From assembly GCF_009834535.1 (NCBI RefSeq), contig NC_045720.1:1426001-1490000 (forward strand): DNA of 64,000 nt. Direction: 5' to 3'. The position numbers and the translations under genes are program-made. Source of the stretch: Camelus ferus. Its lineage: Eukaryota. The notes under the pieces are model-generated. The model was not told the DNA's origin. It saw only the letters and a list, made by a program, of their open reading frames with translations, and searched no databases. Positions within the stretch are counted from its first letter, which is position 1, and each line of letters starts with the position of its first letter. Shown here in pieces: positions 36,573 to 49,267 of the stretch.

Positions 36573-39384
36573 ATGAGGCTGCTCCTTGGGCTCCTGTTGG
36601 CAGCTGCCTTGAGCCTGGAGCTAGGTAAGTCGGGGTGGGGGTGGGGGGGCGGGACCACTTTCCTTCCAGATGTCTTACTGGGCTGTGACTCCCACCTTGG
36701 GGGAGCCCACTTCCTGTCCCCTCCCCCCTCTCCTGGGGCACCAGACTTCCCCCTCCACCAGCCCCTCCGCCTGTGACACCAGGCACTTCCTGGACCTGCA
36801 GGGAAGTCATCTGAGCCTCACACTGTCCTTGTCCCTGCAAGGGCTGCCCACTTCTCAGGGCTCTGCCCTCCCCCAACTACCTCCACAGGCCTCCCCACTC
36901 CAGCAGTGATCCCCCACACCTGAGTTTGAAGGCCTGCCCTGTTTCCTGGGTCCTCCCTCTCCTGGCTCCCTCCTACCTCCCCTGTAGGTGGGATCCTGGC
37001 CTCTCCCCTCTCCACTCCAGGCTTCCTTATAGGGGCAGCTTCCCCACTGCCATCACTTCAGTCTTCCCTGGCTATGCCCACATCCGTGGATGCTGGCTGC
37101 ATCCTGACCCAGCTTCCAGCCCTTCGCTCAGAGGTTGGCCTGAGGGCATCCTCCCAGATGTCCGAATAGAGCCAGCAGGGCTCCCCTGATCCAACCCCCA
37201 CCAGACCCTGCTCTCCCAGCCCTCACCTGTTTCCCCTTCTGGGTCAGCACTCCCTCACCAGCCACATGGCCCTAAATGAGATGGACAGAGGAAACGTCTG
37301 GACGTCCCTGGCCCAGGCACAGCGCTCCCCCTCCCAGTCTCTGGGATCTGTCCACTGTCTCTACCCGCAGGGACCCTCCTAGGGGCCTCTGACTGTGGGA
37401 AAGGGGCCAGGCCTCACCACTGACCCCTGAGAACTGCCCCTAGGTCATCAGGGTGGATGTACAAGGAGGGGATGCCTGCAGGAGTCTGAGCTCAAGGCAG
37501 GGAAAGCCCTGGTCACCACCAGGGCTGGGTCACAAGGACTGGGTGGCCTCCTCTCCGTCCCTGGGCTCAGCCCAGTTCCAGGGGATCACAGAAGCCTGCC
37601 AGGTGCTATGTCCACGGAAACATCACTGACCAGAGACCCTGCCCTGCCTGAGCAGCTGGCCTCTGAAATCCCATCTGCTCTCACACACAGCAGGCCTCAG
37701 GCTGGGGTCACTGCCTTTCCAGTTGGAGAATGGGGGGTCAGAGCCCTGTGGCCCTCTTTCAGGGACCCCATAAGCCTCATCGTTGCTGGTGTCCTCTCCC
37801 TGTCACCCAGGGGCAGCACAGCCTTCCCTGGGCCTCACACTGGCCCAGGCTTAGTTAACCAAGCAGCACCCAGAGTGGGAGGTGAGCTGCCTGCGCGGGG
37901 CAGGACAGGAGCCTGGTCTGCTGCCCCCAAAGCCACCGCCTCTGTCCATCCTCCGTCCTCCGTCCTTCCGTCTCTCCCTCCCTCCCTCCCTTCCTTCCAC
38001 TAAGCTCCCCTGAGCCCTGCTAGGCACAGAGGAGGGGTGCATTGTGGTGGATGGTCTGGGGGCACCTTCACATCTGGGGCAGTGGGGGTGGGGAGGGAAC
38101 CCTGAGACCAGGTCACGTGGGAGCAAGGACAAATCGCCAGCACCTCACAGTGGGCAGGTCAAAGGGGCAGCATCAACTCTGCCCTAGAAGCCCAGGAGGC
38201 CTTCTTAGAAGAGGCGGCATCTGAGCCGGGGCCCGTTTCACCTGGAAGGGCAGGACAGCAGAGGCAAAGCAGGGAGGCATCTGGGAGGGTGAGCAGGGAG
38301 GAAGGGAGGCAGGAACTGGTTATCTCACTGGGACACCCCTGGGGCACAGATATCTCAGTTTTTCCGGTGACACCACCCTGCCCGTCCATGAGGGTCCCTG
38401 CCATCTGCCACCCCAATCGGCGCTGCCAGAGTCTGCGAAGTGCTTACGCAGCTTATCAAAGCACCATCGGGTTTGACGTGAGGGTGGCTTCAGTCATCTT
38501 TTTGGGGCCTTGTGACATTTGCTGCCCACATCGGTGGGGGGCGGGGGATGGGACACCGACCAGCCGACTCCAGCCGCAGCGCTGACCCCAGCAGGGCGGT
38601 GGCCCGTTACACCCTGAGCGTGATCACTTGTATCCTGCAATGACCAGTCCCACAGGGTAACAGAGCAGAGGGCCCTGGGCTGAGGCTTGGTACCTGGTGA
38701 CCTTCTCCCCAGCCCTCTGTCTTGGAGGTCTTGAGGGGTGAGGCACCCCAAGATGAAGGACAGGGGCCCCCGAGAATGGGAATTGGTGCTGGGTGAGAAG
38801 AAAGAGTGCCATCATGCGGGAGGTACCCCCACCTGCGTCCCTGTCTGTGTGTCCGTCCATCCTTCCCTCTGCCTGCAACTGTAGCCCAGGCCTTGCAGTG
38901 CCACCAGTGCAAGGGCTTCGGAGGATGCGCCCAGAAGTCCAAATGCCCATCCAGGTCCAGCCACTGCATCAGTATCGCCACCCGTGAGTAGGGGATGAGG
39001 AGCAGGCCGGCCACGCCCTCCTCAGTGAGTGGGGAGACCCAGGCTCAGAGGGGGTGGAGACTGACCCAGCTGCTGGGCAAGTCAGTCCCAGGGCAGGGAA
39101 AGCCTCACCCAGCAGCTAAAGCGGGAGGCCGGGTCCACCCGGGGTGGAGGAGGGAGCTGACCCACGTCTCGGTGGTAGGTGGGGCAGTGGGTACGGGCAG
39201 CTCAGATCCTTGGGTTGTCTGCAGGATTTCTCTCCTGTCCACCCCAGGGGCCCCCAGCAACTTCCCGGACCTGCCTCTTGTCACCAAGATGTGCTACAGA
39301 GGCTGCCCTGACATCAACACCCTGGGCCTGGGCCCCTACGTGTCCATCGTCTGCTGCCAGGCCAGCCTCTGCAACCGTGACTGA
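36573..39384 (+). CDS. SLURP2: Secreted Ly6/uPAR-related protein 2 (95 aa, no GPI tail)
   Basis: Exons 36573-36624, 38885-38983, 39248-39384. [95 protein letters not shown]. Confidence 0.96.
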
Positions 39385-40124
39385 CCGCCCCCGCTGCCCC
39401 CAGCTGCTCCCCCGCCCGCCTCACAGAGCTCCCAGCCAGTCCGGCCCCCAGCAGACACTACTCCTGAGGCAGCCGGGAGGGCACTGGGGCTGGGGGCGTG
39501 GGAGGGGCGCCCCAACTCAGGGCAGGAGTCCAGGAAGCCCAGGGACCCAGAGGCTATGCTGGGGTGGGTCAGAGGAAGGGAGGCCATGGCAGGGAATGGA
39601 AGGAGAGAACACAGATACCCTAGAGGCGTGCCGGCCCCCACCACGCGCACACACATGTGCACGTGCACAGCCAGGCGCACACACACACCTGGGCAGCTGC
39701 TCCTAGAGAAACCTGCTCCTCCTTGGCCCTGGAATCTGTGCTGCTTCACAGCCCCCGCTGCTCCTCCCCTCCTGCCTCGCTTCTTTCTCCCAGATCCCCC
39801 TCCTCTCTGCCAAGCCCCTCTTGCCCTGAAACCTTTCCCCCGCCCCCCCCACAGGAGTCCCTCCAGCCCTGTGACTGTTCACCTCAGGGTAGACACAGGG
39901 AGGCCTTAAGCTGATGTCTGTGATGGTCACTCACTCACTGAGTGAATGTTTAATCCTGGCTGCAACCAGGCCCCAGGCTCAGCCTTGGGCTGCAAGGTGG
40001 AGGAGACCCCCCAGGTCACCCCCAGGCACCCCACCTGGCCCTCTTCTGGGCCCTTGTTCGCACGGAAGAAAACATAGACAGGCCAGTGAAATTGTGCAGC
40101 CGGCGGGCAGGGAGAACCGATGTC

Positions 40125-40139
40125 CCAGCAGAGGGTGAC
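40125..40139 (+). promoter_or_regulatory. Possible CTCF site between SLURP2 and LYPD2
   Basis: CCAGCAGAGGGTGAC; motif match only. Confidence 0.3.
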
Positions 40140-40429
40140 CAGCACCAAGGCACATGGAGGGCCCTGACCAGGAGACACAGAGAGGGCTGGGGGCCCCAAC
40201 CAGCCCCTCTGCGGGCCGGACTGGCATCCCTAATGGTGGTCCTTCATGTCGGGGGGACAATGTGCAGGAGGTGGGGAGCTGACCGCCACAGAGGAGAAAG
40301 CAAGCCGACTGCTGCCACCCGCACGCCTGCTGCACTGAAAGCCATTCCAATTGAACCAAAGTTTTAAGCGTCAAAAGAAAGAGATTCTTTTCAGATGATG
40401 GTTCAGAATAGAAAGCGAGACGCGTCCTC

Positions 40430-41180
40430 CAAATGGCTAAACACAGTTACTGTCTGACCAGCAGCCCTGTCGCTAGGCATCGACCCGAGAAAGGGACACG
40501 GCAACGTGTCCATAACAGTCACAGGGTGGCCCCTGAACTGACGAATGAATAAACAAACGTGGTCTCTCCAGACAATGGGCTATTTTTCAGCCACGGAAAG
40601 AAACAAAGTACCGACAAGCAACAACACGGGTGAGAGCATGACACTCAGGGAAAGACAGGTCCTGGGGTTCGTTTACGTGAAATGCCCACAGCGGGCAAAT
40701 CCACAGAGACAGAATGCAGATCAGCTGTTTGCAGGGGCGGCAGGAAAACGCGGGATGGGGTGGCAGCCAAAGGGTTTCTTTTTGAGATGATGAAAATTTT
40801 CCAAACCTGACCCTGATGGTCGAACATACCTGTAAATAGGCCCAAAACGCTTCACACGGGTGAACTGCGTGGTATGTGAAGTAGATCCAATAAAACTTAA
40901 AAATTAATAAGAAAAAAAAAGGTTTCAAGAAAAACAAGGCCCAAAATCCTGGTTGAGACAGATTCACGAGGAGGTAAAAATTTAAAACAAAGTGCGTGGA
41001 AAAAAATGCCATAAACAGAACTAAAAAGCAGAAGGTGGGTGAAAAACAAGGCGGATTTCTCTTCCACATGAAGGATACATACAAGCCCACGCAGGTAGCG
41101 TGCTCAGCGAGACAGAACTTCAGCCATACTCCCAGTCAGAGGGGAGCAAAGCAAAGGAAGCAACATTTTAAATCTTGAGC
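40430..41180 (+). mobile_element. Old L1M 3' fragments
   Basis: gaatgaataaacaaacgtggtctctccagacaatgggctatt...gatgatgaaaattttccaaa...ggtatgtgaagtagatccaataaaac followed by an A-rich tail. Confidence 0.8.
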
Positions 41181-41860
41181 CAAACAAAAAAGTGGCAAGC
41201 AATGATGCCACAAGGGCAGGGAGTCCCCCCTCTGTGTGCCCTTGTGGGAATCCCTGTAGCCTCTTGGAGGGCCAGTCGGCACCATCTCTGAAGCTGTAAG
41301 GTGTCCCTAGGGTTTTGTTGAATGCAGGCTCCCGAGATGTCACCCAAACACCTGGAGCGGGTGGGAGACGGGTTTAGAAGCCCTGATCACCCGACGCCAG
41401 GAGCGCCCTGCGCGCGCGGGAGCCAGCCGGGCGCTCAAGGGGATGACCGGCCCCCGTGTGTGTGCCCCACTGCTGCGAAGAGGAGGCGTGAAGACCGTGC
41501 AGCGGAAGAAACTCACTGCAGTGTTCTGAGCAGAAGCCGAGTCCCCCGAGGGCCCACTAGTACAGGGAGTGACGCCCCAGGGCCACTCCGCTGGGTCCTG
41601 CTGGAGGGAGAAGCAGGTCACAGCTGCTGCCCCGGGAGCCGTCTCACCGTCCCTGTACTTTCTTTGCAACCTAGAGACGTGGCTTTAAGAGCCCTCAGTC
41701 TGCTCTGCCAGACGCAGGAAGGGGACTGGTAGGCAGAAGCTCAGGTGGGAACCCCTCTCAGCCACCTGGGGGGTCCTTAGAGACAGTGCAGAGGAGACCA
41801 CCCCACAGGCAGACTGGTGGGGAGGCCATGCCGAGCAGACGGAGAAGCACGGCCCTGGTC

Positions 41861-41980
41861 CTGGCCACATGCTGAACCCTGACTCTGGTCACACATTTAG
41901 ACCTTACCGTCATCACAGGCTGAACTCTGACCCTAGTCACACTCTGAGCCCTGACCCCGGTCACAGGCTGAGCCCTGACC
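41861..41980 (-). repeat. 24-bp minisatellite, 5 degenerate units (same family as 2615-2704, inverted)
   Basis: The reverse complement of 41957-41980 is GGTCAGGGCTCAGCCTGTGACCGG, 23/24 identical to 2669-2692. Confidence 0.85.
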
Positions 41981-43887
41981 TGGAGGCTCCTGGAGGAACT
42001 GAGGGGAGGGTGTGGGCCTCTCAGCATGAAGCGTCCTAGGCTGGGCCACATTCCTGCTCGCCCTGAGCGGACAGCAGCAGCTCTGCAGACAGGTTCAGCC
42101 TGGGCTTCCCCAGTGGCGGCCTGGCAGAAACTCTAGGAGGAGCAGATGCCCAGGGGCCAGGTGTGTTCTGAAAGGAAAGCGGAGGTGGGGCCCCTGCGCC
42201 TGAGGACAGGAGGTGTGGTGTCGGCTTGGCCTCCGCAGGAGGAATTGGGCTGGGCCGAAGGAGGAGCCGGGGCGTGCGGGGCGCTGTCTAATCCGGCATC
42301 CCCCCCCCACCCCCCCGCAGCGGGCCGCCCGCTGAGGCAGACTCCGACAGGCCCGGCTGCTGCCTTGGCTTCCAGCCAGCCCTGGCCGGGTGACCTGCCT
42401 GTCAGCTGGCTGCTGGAGCCTCCGATCCTGCCCCTAGAGCAGTGGTTGGCACTGTGCCCGGTGGTTCACTGTAGTGAGAACTTGGGAGCCAGCAGGCCGA
42501 GTGTCTGACGCAGTCTGGGCATTAGGGGAAGGCTAGGTGCCTCCCACCCACACTGGAGCCCCAGCCAGTGCCCAGGGAGACACAGGCCTGCTCAGTCTAG
42601 GGTTAAAGACCAGACCCCAGATGGAGCTGATCCCCCAGGACCTATATGAGGCCATGGGGCGGGGTCAAGGTCCCCAGACAGAATTTCAGCCTCAGGAGGC
42701 AGGGGCGGGAGGAGCAGGACCAGTCTTGCGTGGCGAGGTTTGGACCCTTGGGGGGAAGACGCAGGAGTCGAATGGGGCCGCAGGGGAGCCCCGAGTGAGC
42801 CAGGGCACAGCCCAGCAAGACCGCTGCCTTGACACCTGGGCCCTGTCGACACCCGTCCCCAGCCCACCCAGGGTTTGCTCTGGCAGCTGCGAGGCCTGGA
42901 GGAGGGGTGAGAGGGTCACAGGCGGGACTCCTTGGAAAGGCTGAGGAGCAGGCCCCATGGTCCGTGTGGGGGTCGGGGTTAGAGAGCAGTGCCTGGAGCC
43001 ACACTCCAACCCCAGGACCCAAATCCACCTCTCCGCTCTCTGAGTCTTGGGCGAGGGTCTTGCTGTCAATTTCCTGCCCTGCAATGGGGCCAGGTGAGCC
43101 CTGCCTGAGGGGCAACCCCCTCAGCCCCATTACCAATCAAGGTGTGCCTGTCCCTGCAGGGGACACCAGGTTTAGTGTCCCCAAGGTGACCCTGCCCCTA
43201 CCCCACTGCCCGCCATCCAAGACCTTTCTGTTGACCCAGCACTTTTCCTGTCTCTGTCCCCTTAAGCCTCAGAGCACATTCTGGCTGGTTGTCCAGGCGG
43301 TCAGCGCCTGTGTCACTACACCCCACATGACCGCTCCAGAGAAGCTGGGTGCTGGGGCCTGGGGCACCCTGGAAGGATTCAAACCCAGACCCACTAGGCC
43401 AGGAACCTGCCCGGGAGGTAGAAGTGGGACCCAAGGCGGAAGGGGCGCCTGACAGAGGCAGGAGTTGGGGTGCAGGGAGGCCCCACCCTCTGGAGGGGAG
43501 TGTCTTCCCTAGATGCAAAGGCCAGGGTGTCCCAGGTTAGGGGATGAGGGGGAGGGCGGAGAGCCCCAGGCTGAGGTAGTTACAAGGGGGTAAGGACCCC
43601 CCAACCCTAAGCTGGGGGGGGTCTTGAGGGTGTGGGGAGGGGCCCAGAGTGCAGGAGGTGGAGGAGTGAGGGAGGAGCAGGGAGGGGCCTGGGGGAGGAC
43701 CACAGAGGAGTGGGGCATCCAGGTGCAGGCAGGTGGGGCCCAGTAGGTGGGTAGGCGGGTCTCTGCACCTCTGCCACCCACGGGAAAACTGATCCCGCTA
43801 ATCTATTTGGCTGACCAGTCAGGTGGCTGCACTGGGTGTTTGTCATCCCTGCCAGGCAGGCCTAGCACCAGCTGCGGGGACCGGACC

Positions 43888-45874
43888 ATGCGGGGGACAT
43901 GGCTGGCGCTGCTGGCGCTGGTGCTGGCTGCTGGAGGCGGTGAGCTCGCTGAGGGGTGCAGGCACCTGGTAGGGGACAGGGGGAGAAGGAGCGCAGGGAG
44001 GATGGGGGGAGGCGAGCGAGAAGGGAGAGAGGCGGTGGGGTGGGCCAGGGACAAGGGGCCCCAGTGCATTCAGGTCACCCACAGCCCAGGTGTGAGTGTG
44101 GAGGAGCACGGCAGGAAGGGCTGAGACTGGCCAGGTGGTTGGTGGCCAGGACCCTGGGTGCCGGCTGGGGAGCCGCCCTTCATCGAGGGCGTGGGCACCA
44201 GGAAGGGCCTTCTGCTGGGAAGGGCAGGCAGGGTCAGGATCCTGCTCCCTGGGTCCAGGGCTGAGGTGCTGAGGCCGGTCTCAGGAGGTGCCTCGGGACA
44301 CCAGGGAGGTGCCGAGGGCAGGGGGAGCAGGAGATGGGGAAGAAGGAAGCAAACCCAGACACATCGGGGGACTTAGGGTCTGAGAGAACACCTGGGGGAG
44401 GTGTCCCAGGCCCCTGGGGACCCACGCCCTATCAGAAAAGGGGCTGGGTGGAGCAGGCCCCAGCCAGACGGTTCTGCCCATTTCCTAGAGGGGGAAACTG
44501 AGGTCATCCCGAGAGACAGGCAGCACTCAGCGGGGGCCGAGTGGCCGCGGCCTCGCTGTGCGCCAGGGGCTGCTCGGGCTGCCATGATGGGGCTGGGGCA
44601 CCAGAGCTGGAGGAAAGAGGACCAGCCTGCTCCCCCTGCCCCTGCCAGCCTGCGCCCTGACCCGCCTGGGTCCCACCGGGTGTGGCTCTTCTCCCTCCCT
44701 TGTTACGCTGGCACCATGTACCTCCCTTGCCTGATCCCTGATCCTCACGGCAGCCCTTTGAGTCCTCCACTTTGCTGACGCGGACCCCGAGGGGCTGGCC
44801 CGCCTCCCCACCCCTGCCAGGCCCCTCACCGCAGGGGCACCAGTGCCTCGGTCTCCCTGTGCACCCCCAGCACTTCCGAAGCTGCATCATCTCTCCCTTG
44901 GCCGTGGCGGGCACACTCTGCCTCAGGGCGGGGGCCCCAGCTCACACGCAGCTCTTGAATCTTCCTGGAGTTCTGGCCGGTGGGCGACTGGACCCTGAGT
45001 GGCGTTGTCCCCCTCAACCTGGGTCTCTGGGTCAGAGGGCTTGGGAGGGGCAGGGCCTGCCTGATCCACCCCTCATCTCTCCTTCCCCAGTGGGGGCCCT
45101 GCAGTGCTACACCTGCCACGAGCCCAGCAGCCTGTCCAGTTGTGTCACTGCCGTCACCTGCAACGCCAACGAAACCATGTGCAAGACCACACTCTACTCC
45201 CTGGAGATGGGTCAGTGGGGCTGGGGGGGGGGGTGCAGGGCTGGGGTCCCAGGGGCAGGGCTGCCTCGACCCAGTCGCTGCTGGCCAGCCCTGGCCCCCA
45301 GTGGGCAGCGAGCAGCCATCACCCTAGTCATTTCCAAAAAGGGCTTTGGGTCCAAGCAACCGGGACTCTCCCCCTCCCCGTTCTCTCCCTTCCCTCCCGT
45401 AACAGGGAAATCTTCAGTCTTGCTTGGGAGTCACTGGGAGGGAGGTGCCCCGTCCAGCAAGGCGTCCTGTGCAAGTCGCTGGGCACCCAGCGCACAGTAG
45501 GCGCTCAGCCTGCAGTGGTGGGAGGAGAGGGGGCTGGGTCACGGAGAGGCTGAGACCGGTGTGGCGGCCCCAGAGTGGGCGCTGTGCGAGGTGGCCGGGC
45601 TGGGGCTTCGGAGGCCATGGAGGACGTGGCCACAGGCCAGCCTGACACTGGTACCCCTGTGCCCCCAGTGTACCCCTTCCTGGGGGACTCCACAGTGACC
45701 AAGTCCTGTGCCAGCAAGTGCGTGCCCTCGGACGTGGACGGCATCGGCTTGACCCGGCCCGTGTCCTGCTGCAACACTGACCTGTGCAACATGGATGGGG
45801 CGCCTGTGCTGGGCAGCCCCTACGGCCTGGCCTTCACCCTCCTGCTCATCCCCCTCTGGAGCCTCGGCTTCTAG
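43888..45874 (+). CDS. LYPD2: LY6/PLAUR domain containing 2 (125 aa, GPI-type)
   Basis: Exons 43888-43939, 45091-45210, 45669-45874. [125 protein letters not shown]. Confidence 0.96.
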
Positions 45875-48329
45875 AGCCCCGCCCTCCAGCCTCGAGCAGC
45901 CACGCTCTGAGTGCCACTGAAGAATATGGGCCCTCACCTGCACCAGGCCTCCTTGAATCTTTTTTCTGTGGGGAGCTGCCCGTTAGCGGGGGAGAGGGGA
46001 GCGCCCGCTTCATCTCCAGCTCCATCACTCAGTCGGCCTCTGCCCGGCCCCGCCACCCAGGCTCTCTCTGGAGCTCTCTCTCTCCTCGCCCACATTGCCA
46101 CACCGTCTGTCCATCTGCCCTCCGTCTCCCCTTGGTGTGTAAGTGAGGAAGGTCACTAGTCCTGGGACACCCACACAAACCAGGCAGGGCTCTGCCCTCC
46201 TGCCTCCAGGTCCTGGGAGCTCTGGGGGCCTGCCTGGGGCAGGGCAGGAAGCGGGACCCCACGGGCAGGGGGAGCACCACGTCCGCCAGGACTGGGGCAG
46301 GGGTGCCTTCTCAGAGGAGGGGGCATTAAGGCCGACCTTGAATGACAGAGAGATTGGCTGGGTCGAAGAAGGCAGGCCAGGCCAGGTGAACAGCAGGTCC
46401 AATGGGGCCAAGAGTGACCCTGGACCTGGGATTACTCCGTGAAGTGCTCGCTGCTCTCTGGCCTGGCCCCAGACAAGCCTGACCTGTGGTCGGGCCTGTG
46501 GTGACACAGCCTCTGTGTCATGCGGCAGAGGGTGCGGAGAAGGGGAGGCGGGCTCCTCTGGAGAGTCCACCTGGCCCCACCCTCACCAACCTCCACTCCC
46601 TGGTGCCCAGGGCCGCCAAGCTCCAATGCAGAAGGGACCTTCATTTCACCGTGGCCTTGGGCCAGCACCAAAGCCTCCAGACCACCTCCCAGAGGCCCAC
46701 TGCCTGATGGGCCTCTTGAAGTGCCCCCGACCCCCACCCCGCCACACACGTGGTCCTACACATGCTCAGCACAGGCTCAGGCACCTGGGGAAGGACAGAC
46801 TGAGGACAAGCAAGACATGGGCCCCTAGCACCTGGGGCCCACCCTTTCCCCCTCCCCTCCCTGCTCTGAAAGCTTCTCCTAAGCTACTGGGCAAGGGGGC
46901 CCCCTGGGCTGGGAGGGGCGCACGGCACCCAGCATCTCCTGCCAGGCTGAGGCGGGGCTGCAGAGCTGTCCTCTGGCACCACAGGGGTGCCGACAACCCT
47001 GCGTCTAGGGAGCCCCCTCCGTCAGCCCTCACCCCCTTCAGCCGTTCCCTGCTCCTGGATGGAGTCCGGCAGCAGCGGGACCTGGGGCAGATCAGTCCTG
47101 GGGCGAGGACCCGTGGTTGGGCACCAGTGGGGGCACCCCACACCTGTGGAAGAAGAGGCCGGTGGCTTAGAAGGTCCCCTGTTCCTTGGGCCCCAGGGAC
47201 TTCACACCTCTGCTTCCTGTGGGCAAGATTTGCAGTCTGAACAGGCTCCCAGAGGCCAGGGCCCCCGCAGACCACCTGCCTGGAGAGCTTCTTGGCAGAC
47301 CCCCAGTGCAGCAAGGGCCCAGGAACGTTCAAGCACGGTCTTGGATGCCATGTTTTGGGCTACGACTCGGAGTTTTGACTTTGTCAAGGGGGAGACACTG
47401 TCCTCAGGCCTGCTTTTCTCCTGTCTCCCATAAAAGTGGAGAGCGGGGGTCACTTGGCCTTAGAGCCTGGATTGAGACTCAGGAAACACACAGACCACCC
47501 TACCAACGTGGGAAGGCTGTGTTCCCCTCCTGGATACCCACCCCCCCCGAGCACCCTCCCTGCTGTCCTCCACCTCTGAGGTCTTCCGGCTCCTTCAAAG
47601 CCAGGGCAAGGGCCCTTTCCAGGTGGTCTCCCCCTGTGGTACTCTGTGTCTCCTGTCCTGGAGCCCAGCCCAGCCTGCTTTGTGTGTGGCACACCCACCC
47701 CGCCGCTGCTCTGTGTCCACCTCCACTGTGACCTTCACTCGCTAGCTGATGGTCCTCGGCCTGGTTTACACACAAAAGAAGGGGGTCAGGATGGCTCATG
47801 AGCAGACCTGGCCACACAGGAGATCGGGGAGCCAGGAGCCACTCCGTCTATCAGGCTCCAGGCCAGACGCTCCCTGGCTCCTCTCGCAACACCCTGGGTG
47901 CGTTTGTGGACTCAGCCCGGGGGAGGGGCAGTGCTGTCTGTGCCCACGCCTGCCGGGTGTTGCCCGATTGTTTGATTTGCAGTAACCACAGTCTCTCCCT
48001 TTGCAAACAACGCCCTCCCTTTGTTCCCTTCCATCCACCTCTCAGGCCACGAGGCCAGGTCACTTCTGTCCTTGCAACTGCCCTGGGGCCCTTGTCCTGT
48101 CATACAAACAGAAATCCAGTCTGGAGGAATGAGAGAGCCACCCCAAGGCCATGCACGGAGACAGCAGAAAAGGCGAGACAAAAGCCTAGGCCTCCTGGTG
48201 CCAGCTGGAGCTCCTCCCAGTATGTCACCCTGTCTTGAGATTGGGCCGTGACTCCCTACCCAACAGCAGGGCCCAGCCACCCACCCTCCATACAGCATAT
48301 ACCCCTCCACCTACCACCTACCTTCCCAA

Positions 48330-48490
48330 CCAGCCAGCCCTCCATTCATACATTGTCCATCCGTTCATTCCTCTCTCCACCCACCCACTCTCTCAAACAT
48401 CCATCCACTCAACAGTCTTTTCAACCACTCATCCATCCGCCCATGTATCCTTTCATCCATCCATCCATCCACCCATCCACACAACCACTC
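48330..48490. repeat. Degenerate (CCAT)n tract
   Basis: catccatccatccacccatcc and decayed flanks. Confidence 0.7.
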
Positions 48491-49160
48491 ACTGAGCCCT
48501 CAGAGGACAGAGAAACCAGAGAGGCTGGGATACCAGAAAGGACTCTGGATGACTGGGCCCTACGGACAGGAAACGAGAGATCCCACCAAGAGGAGGAGCA
48601 CAGCAAGGCCGTGGGCCTGGGGAAGTGCAGTGGGAGGGCCGGGCAGGCCAGGAGGTGGGTGGTGGGGTGGGTAGAGCCCTGTTGTCTGGGGCCCAGAATC
48701 AGGAAACTCAGGCTTGGGCTAAAGCCATTTATGGGGAAGGGGCTGGCAGTGAGGAGGGGGCCAGTCCAGGGCCCCACACTCATCAGCCTGAAAAGAGTGT
48801 GGTGGGCCCACACCACCCTCACACTCCCCCAGGCACTCACCTCCACACCTGGCATGACACCCCACCTCTGGGCCTCTGCTCTGGAGGGTCCCTGGGTCAG
48901 GTCTACACCAGGAGGGGTTGTCTGGGTGTGGAGATTGGCCTTGGCCTCGTTAGGTTTCAAATAGACGTGAGTCCAGGCCAGGGCCCGCCAGAGGGGCCTG
49001 CACTTCCCGTGTGGCCCCCCTGCGCCGCAGACAGGCTGCAGGGAGGGGTGCCGGGCGGGCTCCAGCACCAAGGGGTCCTGTTCCCCAAGGCGTAGGAGTG
49101 CTGTGGCCACCCACACAGCCTCCCGCCAGTGCCTCCCACTTCTGTCCTGTGCCATCCGAC

Positions 49161-49218
49161 TGACTCACATGCCACTCCCACCACCACCCAGAGTAGGAGC
49201 CTGAGCGCGGGGTATAAA
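49161..49218 (+). promoter_or_regulatory. SLURP1 promoter: AP-1, CACCC/KLF-like motifs, TATA
   Basis: TGACTCA 49161-49167; ccaccaccc; TATAAA 49213-49218. Confidence 0.7.
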
Positions 49219-49267
49219 TCCCCATGGGAGGCCGGCAGAGGCCTCTCTCGCCTCCTGAGCACGAAGA

